A DNA stretch of 64,000 nucleotides from an uncultured Gemmatimonadales bacterium (GTDB taxonomy: Bacteria; Gemmatimonadota; Gemmatimonadetes; Gemmatimonadales; Gemmatimonadaceae): positions 1-64,000 of the forward strand of contig CAVPQB010000006.1 of assembly GCA_963707505.1 (NCBI GenBank). The letters run 5' to 3'. A model generated the notes under the pieces. It made no database searches and had not been told where the DNA came from. It worked only from the letters and a program-made list of their open reading frames with translations. The position numbers and the translations under genes are program-made. Shown here in pieces: positions 54,076 to 64,000 of the stretch (its first letter is position 1; the number at the start of each line of letters is the position of its first letter).

Positions 54076-55188
54076 TTGGATCGTCGTATCGTCGTCGCGG
54101 CTCTTGCCGCGTCCATAAGCACCTTGAGTACCTTGGTCGCATGCTCCCGCCAGCCTCGGGAGTATCTGCTTGGCGCGGCCGGTCCCCAGACCGTGGCATA
54201 CGGAATCCAGAACCAGCACGGGATCGATCTCGCAGTGGATGAGATCAACCGCGCCGGTGGGATAGACGGTGTGCCGCTTCGCGTCGTCGCTCGTGATGAT
54301 CGTGCAAGCGGAGCTGACGCAGCGCGCGTCGCCGGTGAGTTCGTGGCGAACCGAAAGATTCTTGCGGTGATCGGCCACGCAGGCTCTGGTGCCGAGGTAT
54401 CGGCTGCGCGCGTATACGACGGCGGCCATCTTCCGGCTATCGCCACGACGCCATCGTCGCCCGACATAACGGGCATCTCGCCGTGGGTGTTTCGCATGAG
54501 CACCAGCGACTCCGTGAACGGTATAACGCTCGCGCGGTTCGCATCGTCGCTGAGTGACTCGCTGCACCGTCCTGCAAGGGTCGCTGTTCTGTATCATAAC
54601 GACTCCTATGGACGCGGACTGTCCGACGCGTTCCTTCACAGTTTCAAGGGTCAGGTTCTGAGTACCGATCCGATCGGCACCGATACGAACCTCGAGCCGT
54701 ACATCACGTACTTCAAGGCACACACGCCTGATATCGTATTCGTCGCAAGTGATGAGGATCTCGGAATAAAGGTGTTGCGCGAGGCACGCAGGCAGCAACT
54801 GTCGGCCACGTTCCTCGGCGGCGACGGATGGCAGGGTGTGGTGAGCGATCCTGCCTCGGAAGGCGCCTTCGTCGGGACACCGTTCACCGCGCAGAATAGC
54901 AGCGACGCGACGCAGAAATTCGCGTCCGCATTTCGCGCCAGGTACGGCATGGTGCCGGACGCACATGCCGCGCTCGCTTACGACGCAACACGTTTGATCG
55001 CGAGCGCGCTGAAAAGCGGCGCTACCACCAGAGCCGAGATTCGTGATTATCTCGCATCGCTCAAGCAATCGACCGCATTCGCGAGCCTGTCTGGCCCCAC
55101 ATGGTTCGATGGGACCGATCCGGTTGGAGATGCTTTCCGCATGACCCGCGTACATAACGGGCTCATGCTTCCGGTGGCACGCCAATGA
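54076..55188 (+). CDS. Branched-chain amino acid-type periplasmic binding lipoprotein
   Basis: LVAC lipobox, AVDEINRAGGIDG, DSYGRGL, ALAYDA; TTG start after GGAGG. Confidence 0.85.
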   Translation: MDRRIVVAALAASISTLSTLVACSRQPREYLLGAAGPQTVAYGIQNQHGIDLAVDEINRAGGIDGVPLRVVARDDRASGADAARVAGEFVANRKILAVIGHAGSGAEVSAARVYDGGHLPAIATTPSSPDITGISPWVFRMSTSDSVNGITLARFASSLSDSLHRPARVAVLYHNDSYGRGLSDAFLHSFKGQVLSTDPIGTDTNLEPYITYFKAHTPDIVFVASDEDLGIKVLREARRQQLSATFLGGDGWQGVVSDPASEGAFVGTPFTAQNSSDATQKFASAFRARYGMVPDAHAALAYDATRLIASALKSGATTRAEIRDYLASLKQSTAFASLSGPTWFDGTDPVGDAFRMTRVHNGLMLPVARQ

Positions 55189-56900
55189 GTATCCGTGAAC
55201 ATCTTCGCCTCACGACGATCAGGGATACGCTCCTCGTGGGATTTGCGGCGCTGGTATTCTGCCTGGTAATCGCTGGAACCGTCGGGTGGATGGCGGTCAG
55301 AGCCGGCGCCGGCGACGTCACTGGTGAGTTGCAGAGCGTACTCGCTACGGCACAGCAGACTTCGGATTACTCGAACATCGTAACGCGAGAGATCCAGGCG
55401 GCGTCAGCCTATCTCACCAACGGAGATTCCGCATCGCTGCGTGAATTTCGCCAGCTTGGGCACTCGGCCCATGGCTTGCAGCGTCAATTCGGCACCACGC
55501 AACGTGCAACGCCGACCGAAGTTGCAGCGATCGCCGCAGTCGATAATCGACTTGCAGACTTCGAGAACGCATATGCGCTGGCGCATCGCCTGCGCGATAT
55601 GGGCCGCACACAGGAAGCCCGCGCGCAGGCCGAGCAGGGACGCCTTGTTGTGGCCGGTCTTCTCGGCGATCTCACGCGCTTCGAGGACACCAAGGCCGCC
55701 GATGTCTCGAACGCGACGAGCCACATCGATTATCTGGCGAAGTGGCGCGCAACAGCGGTACTGGGTGCCGTCGCCATCGCTGTGCTGCTCGCCATAATGA
55801 TCGCGATTCGCACCATCCGCGCGATCGCGACACCACTTCAGGAGTTATCCAAGCACGCGCGGAGCTTCAGCGAAGGCGATCTCACTGCCCGCACCGCGAC
55901 GGCCGGCCTTCCAGGCGAATTTGCGACGGTCGCAATTGCGATGAATCACGCCGCCGATTCGCTATCGCGTGTCATCGACGTCGCGACGCAGACCGCCGAT
56001 GATGTGACACACTCGGCAGGCGACCTGGCCAGCGCATCGCAGCAGATTTCGGACACCGCCAATCAGGTGTCAGAAGCCGTGACGCAGGTTTCAGCCGGCG
56101 CCGAGGCGCAGGTGCGGCAGATCAAGGTCGTGACCCACTCGCTCGACACGATTCGCGATGCGGCGGACAGTGTCGCAGCTGGAGCCGAGGAGGTGCAGGC
56201 GCTCGCAGCATCGATCCACGGCCAGGCGGCCGACAAACGCACGGAGCTGGAGCGAACTCTCTCGATACTCGTGGATGTTCGCACGATAGTCCGGCAGGCA
56301 GCCGAGGAAGTGCGCGCGCTCAATTCGACAGTCGGCGACATCAACAAATTCGTCATCTCTGTAGGACGCATTGCCGACCAGACCAATTTACTGTCACTGA
56401 ACGCCGCAATCGAAGCCGCGCGTGCGGGCGCAGCAGGCCGCGGGTTTGGCGTCGTCGCGGACGAGATTCGCAAGCTCGCTGATCAATCACGTGCGGCGGC
56501 CGACGATGTGGTTGATCTCACAAGCTCCGTTACGAGCCGCGTGACGCGGACCTACAGTACGATGGAGCGTGGTGAAAATCAGGTCGGCGAGCTGGAGCGC
56601 GTGTCCCGCGATATCGACGACGCTCTGGCATCGATCGCAGCAGCGGCCGAGCGCACTACGCGTGCGGCAGAAGGAGTCGCGCGTACGGCAGACGACAACG
56701 TTCGCGTGGTTCAGCGCGCAACGGACGGCCTCGCCGCCGTCGCACGCACCGCCGAGGGCCACGCCGCAACCGCGATGCAGGTCAGCGCGTCGACCGAGGA
56801 ACAGAGCGCCGCATGCGAACAGATGACGACAGCGTCAGCTTTGTTGCTACGCGGAAGTACGCATCTGCGAAATCTGGTCGGAGAATTGCGCACGACGTAG
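55185..56900 (+). CDS. Methyl-accepting chemotaxis protein
   Basis: 2 TM, HAMP, IADQTNLLSLNAAIEAARAG. Confidence 0.95.
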   Translation: MSIREHLRLTTIRDTLLVGFAALVFCLVIAGTVGWMAVRAGAGDVTGELQSVLATAQQTSDYSNIVTREIQAASAYLTNGDSASLREFRQLGHSAHGLQRQFGTTQRATPTEVAAIAAVDNRLADFENAYALAHRLRDMGRTQEARAQAEQGRLVVAGLLGDLTRFEDTKAADVSNATSHIDYLAKWRATAVLGAVAIAVLLAIMIAIRTIRAIATPLQELSKHARSFSEGDLTARTATAGLPGEFATVAIAMNHAADSLSRVIDVATQTADDVTHSAGDLASASQQISDTANQVSEAVTQVSAGAEAQVRQIKVVTHSLDTIRDAADSVAAGAEEVQALAASIHGQAADKRTELERTLSILVDVRTIVRQAAEEVRALNSTVGDINKFVISVGRIADQTNLLSLNAAIEAARAGAAGRGFGVVADEIRKLADQSRAAADDVVDLTSSVTSRVTRTYSTMERGENQVGELERVSRDIDDALASIAAAAERTTRAAEGVARTADDNVRVVQRATDGLAAVARTAEGHAATAMQVSASTEEQSAACEQMTTASALLLRGSTHLRNLVGELRTT

Positions 56901-56927
56901 GAGCCTCGTCATTCCCTATGAAATGGA

Positions 56928-57111
56928 CGTCACCCCCGCGAAAGCGGGGGCCCATGGACGAGGAGTGAGGCGTAGCATCCAAGTTCGCAGGTGTCGCCTT
57001 GGACGGATGAAGGACGGAAGTACGGTTGTTGTCTCAGATCAATGACACCTGCAAACCTGATACAACTCATCTGAGCGTCGTCCATGGATCCCTGCTTTCG
57101 CAGGGATGACG
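56928..57111. repeat. REPIN/MITE-like long hairpin element bounded by REP palindromes
   Basis: CGTCACCCCCGCGAAAGCGGGGG...CCCTGCTTTCGCAGGGATGACG with inner IRs CATGGACGA/TCGTCCATG and GCAGGTGTC/GACACCTGC. Confidence 0.75.
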
Positions 57112-57142
57112 AGCTCTCGCACGGATGACCGCGTCTGCTGTA

Positions 57143-58351
57143 CTACCGGATCAACCCGAACGCCGCTTCACGTATCGTATCGAACGCCGAGAGCCCCTTC
57201 CCCGCCGGCCCCGTTCCCGGCTCGAGATCCGTATCCGTATTGAACACGGCGATCACGGCTGAGCCATTCGCGGGATTCAGGTACATGAACGACACGAATC
57301 CCGCCTGTTCGCCCGTATGACCGATGAAGGTCGCAGCACCCTTGTGAACCACGAAGAACGACATTCCCATCGCTTCCGTCTCGTCGACAGTCGCCGGCTT
57401 CGTTGGATGTATCGGTCGCCACATTTCTTCAAGGCTCGAGCGCGCGAGCACGATGTCGTAGAGTCGCTGCTTCGCAGAGTCGCCGTGCGTCGCGTTGGTC
57501 AGGAAGCCCATGTAGGTGACGAGATCGGCAAGCGGCGCGTTCCAACCGCCGTTGGGAATCGTGATCCCGGGATCGAAGTCACTTCCGTTGTCCTGTACAA
57601 GCTCACGGCCAGTCGAATCGCGCAGCAACGTGTAATTGTGCGAGCGATCCCGCGCCAGATAGTACGGTGTGATTCCGAAGTAGCTGTGCGTGAGTCCCAG
57701 CGGTGACAGAATGTTCTTCTGCACGTAGTTCTCCCACGGATCACCGGTGATATGCTCGATGATCCGCGCGAGGTAGATGAACCCGGGATTGGAATAACTG
57801 AATCGCGTGCCGGGCTTGAACAACAGCTCCTGATATGGCATCATCGCCACTAACTGATTCCAGGTCGTCGGCTCGAACGGCTCCCACGACTTCCCCTGCT
57901 TGTACGGCCAGGTCGGATTCTGGAATCCCGCAGAATGCGACATCAACATCCTGATGGTGACGCTGTCCATCGAGCCGTACGGATCATGAACCTGCCGCAG
58001 TTCCGGTATGTAGCTGGTGACGCGATCATCGAGCGACAGCTTGCCACGATCACGCAGCTGCATTATCGAGATCGCGGTAAGAGTCTTGGTTATCGATCCG
58101 TAGTGGAAGATCGAGTTGTCGTCGATGCGCTTTCCGGTCGCCCTGTCAGCATAACCATACTCGTGTTGCGCGACCACCTTTCCATCGTGCATCACCACGA
58201 TACTTCCGCCAACTATGCTGTCACGCGCGGAATAGCGGTCGAACATCTGCGTGAACGCGTCCCAGCCGGGCGGCAGGGCTGCCCGCTGTGCGGCAAGCGG
58301 ATGCGTCGCGACGAGCGCAACCAGACAGAGTGATCTGCGTATGAGCATCAT
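57143..58351 (-). CDS. Serine hydrolase (class C beta-lactamase-like)
   Basis: SITK (SxxK), YSN, GHTG. Confidence 0.9.
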   Translation of the reverse strand: MMLIRRSLCLVALVATHPLAAQRAALPPGWDAFTQMFDRYSARDSIVGGSIVVMHDGKVVAQHEYGYADRATGKRIDDNSIFHYGSITKTLTAISIMQLRDRGKLSLDDRVTSYIPELRQVHDPYGSMDSVTIRMLMSHSAGFQNPTWPYKQGKSWEPFEPTTWNQLVAMMPYQELLFKPGTRFSYSNPGFIYLARIIEHITGDPWENYVQKNILSPLGLTHSYFGITPYYLARDRSHNYTLLRDSTGRELVQDNGSDFDPGITIPNGGWNAPLADLVTYMGFLTNATHGDSAKQRLYDIVLARSSLEEMWRPIHPTKPATVDETEAMGMSFFVVHKGAATFIGHTGEQAGFVSFMYLNPANGSAVIAVFNTDTDLEPGTGPAGKGLSAFDTIREAAFGLIR

Positions 58352-58378
58352 TTCACACCAGGAAAACCGGTGAAGGAT

Positions 58379-59344
58379 CTACCGGGAAAGCACGCGTGCA
58401 AAGACCTCGCAATCCACATTGCCACCCGATAATACCACACCAACCTTACGTCCGCGCATGGAGTCGCGCTCCTGCATCAGAGCCGCCAACGCCGCAGCGC
58501 CGGCACCTTCTGCAACATTATGCGTATCGGTGAAGTACGCGCGCATCGCTTCCCCCACCTCGGCGTCGCTCACCTGCACGACGCGCTCGGCGCCGCGCAT
58601 GATGATTTCGAGCGGCTCCGCGAGTGGAGTGCGACACGCCATTCCGTCCGCAATCTCGGTCGTGACCGGGTGTGACACGACCCGGCGAGCGGAGACCGAC
58701 AGCGCGTAAGCGGGTGCACCTGTCGAAACCACTCCGACGATTTTGGTGGACAATCCGAGGCCATCACGCGCCGCTATCATCCCGCAGATCCCCGAGCCGA
58801 GCCCGATCGGCACGTAGACCGTATCCATATCCGGTGCAGCCCGAAAGAATTCGAGCGCGTAGGTACCGACGCCACTCACCAGGTGTGGATGATACGACGG
58901 CAACCTGTGCCAGCCGCGCTCCGTGGCGATCCGGTCGGCCGCCTCTACTGCCGCCTGGAAGTCGTGCCCTTCCTCGACAAGATCTGCACCCAGCGCCCGC
59001 ATCGCCCTGTTCTTCTCCACGCTGTTCCCGTGCGGAACGACGACGAGAACCGGAATGTCGTAGCGCCGCGCGGCGAATGGCACCGACTGGCCATGGTTGC
59101 CGCGCGTCGCCGTCACGATGCCCGGAACCTGCTGTCCGGCACGCTGCAGATGATCCATGTACACGATTCCACCACGCACCTTGAAGGCGCCGACAGGAGT
59201 GTGGTTTTCGTGCTTGACGATCACTTGCGCCCCTGTGCGCTCCGCAAGCAAGGGCCACGCATATTGCGGCGTCGGCGGCATCAACCGGCGGACGATCTCC
59301 GTCGCGGCCTCGAGATCGCTCAGCGATGGAAGGGTGGCTGTCAT
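58379..59344 (-). CDS. Threonine/serine dehydratase family PLP enzyme
   Basis: [25 protein letters not shown]. Confidence 0.9.
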   Translation of the reverse strand: MTATLPSLSDLEAATEIVRRLMPPTPQYAWPLLAERTGAQVIVKHENHTPVGAFKVRGGIVYMDHLQRAGQQVPGIVTATRGNHGQSVPFAARRYDIPVLVVVPHGNSVEKNRAMRALGADLVEEGHDFQAAVEAADRIATERGWHRLPSYHPHLVSGVGTYALEFFRAAPDMDTVYVPIGLGSGICGMIAARDGLGLSTKIVGVVSTGAPAYALSVSARRVVSHPVTTEIADGMACRTPLAEPLEIIMRGAERVVQVSDAEVGEAMRAYFTDTHNVAEGAGAAALAALMQERDSMRGRKVGVVLSGGNVDCEVFARVLSR

Positions 59345-59446
59345 GCGGATCAAAATACTCGTTATCGGTGCGCTCGGCGACGACAATGGCCGGCCGTACT
59401 CACGTCGCCCCGAGCCTGTGAGACACTGCCTGTTGTAGATTTCACC

Positions 59447-60148
59447 ATGTCCCACACACGTCCCGCTGTCGTGCTTTTGAGTGGTGGCCTCGACTCTACA
59501 ACCGTGCTCGCCATTGCCAGGCGCGACGGCTATGAGGTCAATGCGCTCTCGTTCAGCTATGGGCAGAGACATGACCGCGAGATCGACGCTGCACGCCGGA
59601 TAGCGAACAGCTATGGCGTTGCGCGTCACGAGATAGTGACGATCGATCTTCGCGTGTTCGGCGGCTCCGCTCTCACATCGGACATTGCCGTTCCCAAGGG
59701 ACGCGACGTGAAGGACGCGACGGACGTCCCGGTTACGTATGTACCGGCTCGCAATACGATTTTCCTATCGTACGCACTCGCGTTCGCCGAAGTTACCGAT
59801 GCGCGAGACATATTCATCGGAGTCAATGCACTCGACTATTCCGGCTATCCCGATTGCCGGCCCGAGTACATCCATGCATTCGAGCGCATGGCCAACCTCG
59901 CGACCCGAGCCGGCGCCGAAGGCAATGCGATCAACATTCGTACGCCGCTCATCGATCTGACCAAGGCACAGATCATAGCGCTCGGCATGTCGCTCGGCGT
60001 CGACTATTCAATGACCACGAGCTGTTATGATCCATCCGCGACCGGCGAGGCATGCGGCGAGTGCGATGCGTGTCAGCTACGCCTTGCCGGATTCAGTGCG
60101 GCAGGATCCACCGATCCGATAGCGTACATGGGCGCGGGACGCGTTTAG
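59447..60148 (+). CDS. queC: 7-cyano-7-deazaguanine synthase
   Basis: SGGLDS, YVPARN, YPDCR, CGECDAC. Confidence 0.96.
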   Translation: MSHTRPAVVLLSGGLDSTTVLAIARRDGYEVNALSFSYGQRHDREIDAARRIANSYGVARHEIVTIDLRVFGGSALTSDIAVPKGRDVKDATDVPVTYVPARNTIFLSYALAFAEVTDARDIFIGVNALDYSGYPDCRPEYIHAFERMANLATRAGAEGNAINIRTPLIDLTKAQIIALGMSLGVDYSMTTSCYDPSATGEACGECDACQLRLAGFSAAGSTDPIAYMGAGRV

Positions 60149-60152
60149 ATCG

Positions 60153-60791
60153 ATGGCGTACACAGTCAAGGAAATCTTCTACACGCTCCAAGGGGAAGGA
60201 GCAAACACCGGCCGCGCGGCAGTGTTCTGCCGCTTTTCGGGGTGCAATCTGTGGACGGGTCGCGAGAGCGACCGCGCGAATGCCGTCTGTACGTTCTGCG
60301 ACACTGATTTCGTCGGTGTTGGCCCTGACGGCGGGAAGTTCGCAAATGCCGAAGCGCTCGCCGATGCGGTCGAGGCGGCGTGGACACCGGCTACAGAAGA
60401 CGGAGCGGAACGATTCGTCGTGTGCACAGGAGGCGAGCCGCTGCTGCAGCTCGACGAGCCTGCCGTCGAGGCGCTGCATCGTCGTGGCTTTCGCGTCGCT
60501 GTCGAAACCAATGGAACGCAGCCCGCAACAGCTGGCCTCGACTGGATCTGCGTGAGTCCCAAGGCCGACGCGGCGGTCGTGATCACGGCCGGTGACGAAC
60601 TCAAGCTGGTCTATCCGCAGGAACGCGCAATGCCGGAGCGTTTCGCGAATCTCCAGTTCACGCACTTCTTCCTCCAGCCGATGGACGGACCGTCCCTCGA
60701 ACAGGCTACCCGAGCAGCAATCCAGTATTGCCTCGACCATCCGAAGTGGAGGCTGTCGGTTCAGACGCACAAGGTCGCCGGAATCCGCTGA
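60153..60791 (+). CDS. queE: 7-carboxy-7-deazaguanine synthase (radical SAM, CX14CX2C type)
   Basis: TLQGEG, CNLW...CTFCDT, TGGEP, QTHK. Confidence 0.96.
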   Translation: MAYTVKEIFYTLQGEGANTGRAAVFCRFSGCNLWTGRESDRANAVCTFCDTDFVGVGPDGGKFANAEALADAVEAAWTPATEDGAERFVVCTGGEPLLQLDEPAVEALHRRGFRVAVETNGTQPATAGLDWICVSPKADAAVVITAGDELKLVYPQERAMPERFANLQFTHFFLQPMDGPSLEQATRAAIQYCLDHPKWRLSVQTHKVAGIR

Positions 60792-60899
60792 CGTTCCGAC
60801 CGTATTGAGTGGTGCTCGCGCTGTTGCCGAAGGGCTGTCATACGCGTCGTAAGTCGATGAGCCCGGCGATAGCGACCACACCTGTACTCGGACTGACTC

Positions 60900-62678
60900 T
60901 TGTCCGATGAGTTGAACGAAATGCGCGGTGCTGGCCGAGATGTCGCGGGGGAGGATCGCACGTACGAAGCCGTGCTGGCCAGCGAGGCGCGCTTCCGAGC
61001 AGTCTTTGAGCACTCCGCCGTTGGCATTGCGCTCATCGAAACCGATGGCAGGATCATCGCTACCAATCCTGCCATGCAACAGTTCCTTGGCTACTCCAGC
61101 GAAGAGCTGCTGAACCGTCAGATGCACCAGCTCGTTCCCGAGGACGACGCCAACGGTCTGGCCGCAGCGATGGCGGCGATCTCGAGCGGCGCGAGTCCGG
61201 AGCTGGCGATCGAGCAGCGCTATACCCGCCGCGATGGCGAGATCGTATGGGCCGCGCTGACGATGTCGCGCGCGCACAGCGCCACCAGCGGCGAGTCGCT
61301 CGGCGTCATCGCCATGGTGCAGGACATACGTACACGCAAGTCGCTCGAAGAACGTCTCACACATCAGGCGTCACACGATCCACTGACGGATCTCGCCAAT
61401 CGCACGCTGTTCCGGCAACGAGTCGAGATTGCACTGCAGCGCGCAGCACACCGTGACCGCGTGGTGGTGATGTTTCTCGACGTCGACAACTTCAAGGCGG
61501 TGAACGACAGCGCGGGGCACGGTGCCGGCGACCAGCTTCTCGTCGTCGCAGCAGCCCGATTGCTCAACGCGACCCGTGGCTCGGACTCCGTCGCTCGGTT
61601 TGGTGGCGACGAGTTCGCCATCCTGCTCGAGAATGTGCGCGACGATGAGGAGGCAAGGATCGTTGCCGATCGCATTACACGCACCATGCGACAGCCGATC
61701 CAGATCGGAAACGAGACGGTGATCGCCGGAATCAGCATAGGCATCGCGCGACCACACTCCGACAGCGATGGCGCCGATGAGGTGCTCCGCAATGCAGATG
61801 TGGCGATGTACGCCGCCAAGGGATCAGGCAAGAACCGCTACCAGTTCTTCGAGCCTTCGATGCACACGGCCGTGGTGGACAGGGTCAGCCTCGAGACCGA
61901 TCTGCGCCACGCAGTGGCCGCACCCGCATCGGAATTCGTGCTGCACTATCAGCCGCTCGTTCAACTCGATACGGACGCCGTCGTCGGCGTCGAAGCCCTT
62001 GTGCGCTGGAACCACCCTCACCGCGGCGAGCTGCAGCCCGCTGATTTCATCACGGTGGCAGAGGAAACCGGTCTCATCATTCCGCTTGGCCGATGGGTGC
62101 TTCGTGAAGCCTGTGCGCAGGCCTTCGCCTGGTGGCACGGCTTGCCGGATGAACATCGCATGAGCATTGCCGTAAACGTATCCGGCAAACAGATCCAGGA
62201 CGCGACCTTCGTTTCCGACGTCGCTGCTGCACTCGCCGACTCCGGACTTCCGCCGGAACGACTGGTGCTCGAGATCACGGAAACCGTCATCATGCACCGT
62301 ACCGAAATGATGGTCCAGCGACTGCAGGAGCTGAAAGATCTCGGGGTTCATCTCGCAATCGACGACTTCGGCACGGGTTACTCATCGCTCAGCTATCTGC
62401 AGCAGTTCCCGATCGACATCATCAAGATCGACAAGGCATTCATCGAAGGGATGGAGCGTGACCCAGCCGGCGCTGCCCTTACGCGCACGATCATCGGACT
62501 CGGTGGAACGCTGGGCCTGTCGACGATCGCCGAGGGAATCGAGCATGCGTCGCAGCGAGCGACGCTCGAGGATCTGGGCTGCGTCATGGGCCAGGGTTTC
62601 CTGTTCGCGCGGCCATCGATAGCCGCCGGCGTGGGCGAGAACGTCAGCAAGCCAAACAGGGCGCCGGAGAATAAGTGA
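60900..62678 (+). CDS. PAS-GGDEF-EAL protein
   Basis: PAS, GGDEF, EAL and DDFGTGYSS all intact. Confidence 0.95.
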   Translation: MSDELNEMRGAGRDVAGEDRTYEAVLASEARFRAVFEHSAVGIALIETDGRIIATNPAMQQFLGYSSEELLNRQMHQLVPEDDANGLAAAMAAISSGASPELAIEQRYTRRDGEIVWAALTMSRAHSATSGESLGVIAMVQDIRTRKSLEERLTHQASHDPLTDLANRTLFRQRVEIALQRAAHRDRVVVMFLDVDNFKAVNDSAGHGAGDQLLVVAAARLLNATRGSDSVARFGGDEFAILLENVRDDEEARIVADRITRTMRQPIQIGNETVIAGISIGIARPHSDSDGADEVLRNADVAMYAAKGSGKNRYQFFEPSMHTAVVDRVSLETDLRHAVAAPASEFVLHYQPLVQLDTDAVVGVEALVRWNHPHRGELQPADFITVAEETGLIIPLGRWVLREACAQAFAWWHGLPDEHRMSIAVNVSGKQIQDATFVSDVAAALADSGLPPERLVLEITETVIMHRTEMMVQRLQELKDLGVHLAIDDFGTGYSSLSYLQQFPIDIIKIDKAFIEGMERDPAGAALTRTIIGLGGTLGLSTIAEGIEHASQRATLEDLGCVMGQGFLFARPSIAAGVGENVSKPNRAPENK

Positions 62679-62721
62679 TCGCCCGCTAAGTTTAGGGAGC
62701 GTCCAACACACCATCCCCGGA

Positions 62722-62844
62722 ATGCCGATCCATCTGGTAAAAGGCCTCACCCTCGCTCTGGCGTTGCTCGCGCCCGTCGTCACCACGCTCTTCTTTCACA
62801 GACGATCACTTGCTGCAGCACGGCGACAGGGTCAGGTGCAATAG
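62722..62844 (+). CDS. Small single-TM protein (40 aa, MPIHLVKGLTLALALLAPVVTTLFFHRRSLAAARRQGQVQ)
   Basis: Translated by hand; hydrophobic stretch plus basic tail; TAG overlaps the next GTG by 1 nt. Confidence 0.5.
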   Translation: MPIHLVKGLTLALALLAPVVTTLFFHRRSLAAARRQGQVQ

Positions 62845-63374
62845 TGTACGCTGGTCACGTCGGCTTTGGGCTTGGTGCGTACTCGTTCCGAAAGACACTC
62901 CCGCTGTGGCTCGTGCTCGTCGCGGCGCAGATCCCGGATTGGCTTGACGCTGGGTACTGCGTTGCAGACATCAGTCGCGGTCCTTACGGCATGTACACAC
63001 ACGGATTCATCCCCGTTGGAGTGTCTGCGATCGTCTTTGGGTTGCTTGCTTACGCAATCACTCGCGACGTCACGGGCATGTTGATCGTGGCACTCGTCGT
63101 CGTGTCGCACTGGGCTCTGGACTATCTTACGGGAATCAAGCCGACGTGGCCGGGCGGCCCAATCGTGGGTATGAATCTCTATGCACGGCCGTTGGTCGAC
63201 TTCGCGCTGGAATCGGCAACGATCCTCGTGGGATGGCTGCTGTATCGTCGCACGCTTCCGGAGTCAGCAAGAAATCATGCTTGGACATATGCCACACTGC
63301 TGATGTTGTGCACGCTGCAAGTACTTGCAGGCGCAGCATTCGCACTCAGTCTTGGAGGTCACGCAAAATGCTGA
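62844..63374 (+). CDS. Membrane-bound metal-dependent hydrolase-like protein (related to 22625)
   Basis: MYAGH, AQIPD, YTHG, SHWALD. Confidence 0.75.
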   Translation: MYAGHVGFGLGAYSFRKTLPLWLVLVAAQIPDWLDAGYCVADISRGPYGMYTHGFIPVGVSAIVFGLLAYAITRDVTGMLIVALVVVSHWALDYLTGIKPTWPGGPIVGMNLYARPLVDFALESATILVGWLLYRRTLPESARNHAWTYATLLMLCTLQVLAGAAFALSLGGHAKC

Positions 63375-63640
63375 TGAGCATCCCCATCATATCGCCGATC
63401 GAGATACGGGTCGGCGAGCCGGGCGTTCGCATGCTGCCGGCGCCGGATTACGAAGTTCATGCGCTTCCCCCCGCTGCAATCCTGAGCGCCGAGACGTCAA
63501 CGCCGCCGGAGGATCCCGCAATCACCGCGCTGAATGAGATCGAGCTCGCCGCACAGATCAGCGAATATCATGATTTCTCCTGGTGGGATGAGCGTATTCG
63601 TCAGATCCGCGACCGACTTGCGCAGGACGGAGCAAGCTGA
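63374..63640 (+). CDS. Hypothetical protein
   Basis: ATG overlaps the upstream TGA; C-terminal half of ORF 63146..63640. Confidence 0.5.
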   Translation: MSIPIISPIEIRVGEPGVRMLPAPDYEVHALPPAAILSAETSTPPEDPAITALNEIELAAQISEYHDFSWWDERIRQIRDRLAQDGAS

Positions 63641-63762
63641 GGAGAATCGTCGTGCACGCAGAAGGAACATCACTCCGGCGAAGGCGGCGGCGACGAGCGT
63701 TGACGGGGTGAGACGCCCGGCGAGGATGACGCTGAAATGGCGCGGATGGCGATGCTAGCGCA

Positions 63763-64000
63763 TCACAGATCATCCACCGATTTCGGCCAGTCCTGTTTGA
63801 GCAACCGTGACAGTCCGCGATCCGCCAATAACTTCCCGCCGGTCTGGCACCGCGCGCAGTAATCAGTCTCGTTACTCGCATAGCGAATGCGCTGGACCGG
63901 GGTTCCGCATACCGGACACGGCTGCCTGTACTTGCCGTGCACAGCCATCTCCGGACGAAATGCCGTGACGCGCTCCGGGAACTTATCGCCGGTCTCCGCG
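63763..64000 (-). CDS. Fpg/Nei family DNA glycosylase, C-terminal zinc finger (partial)
   Basis: CPVC...[15 protein letters not shown]. Confidence 0.85.
   Translation of the reverse strand, partial: AETGDKFPERVTAFRPEMAVHGKYRQPCPVCGTPVQRIRYASNETDYCARCQTGGKLLADRGLSRLLKQDWPKSVDDL

Noticed and set aside
59345..59446. preQ1 riboswitch upstream of queC
   Set aside because: No preQ1 stem-loop or A-rich tail is visible.

Overview
GC-rich bacterial chromosomal window. Gene content and style suggest Gemmatimonadota (inference). Bases 1-4.2 kb are accessory: the tail of an integron-type cassette array with one intact attC and a second attC split by a degenerate IS3-family element, PIN-like and ART-like cassette ORFs, and a VapBC toxin-antitoxin pair. 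Most of the rest is housekeeping or envelope genes (rpiB, gltA, dut, acs, DsbA/VKOR, acnA, aguAB, queCE, peptidases, MFS transporters, diguanylate cyclases). Several genes between 4 and 22 kb carry clustered frameshifts that look like assembly errors. The most striking signal is at 45.4-49.2 kb, where two similarly built leader-peptide transcription attenuators sit, both too short for the ORF track. One (FYYYASYW) precedes an aroF-pheA-aroH-thrC operon. The other is an Asn-rich 28-aa leader whose first downstream gene is a lone tRNA-Asn(GUU), i.e. an apparent ribosome-sensed feedback loop controlling a tRNA gene. Just upstream is an orphan gp19-like tail-tube homologue with a signal peptide. 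All calls come from reading the sequence by eye; no searches were run.
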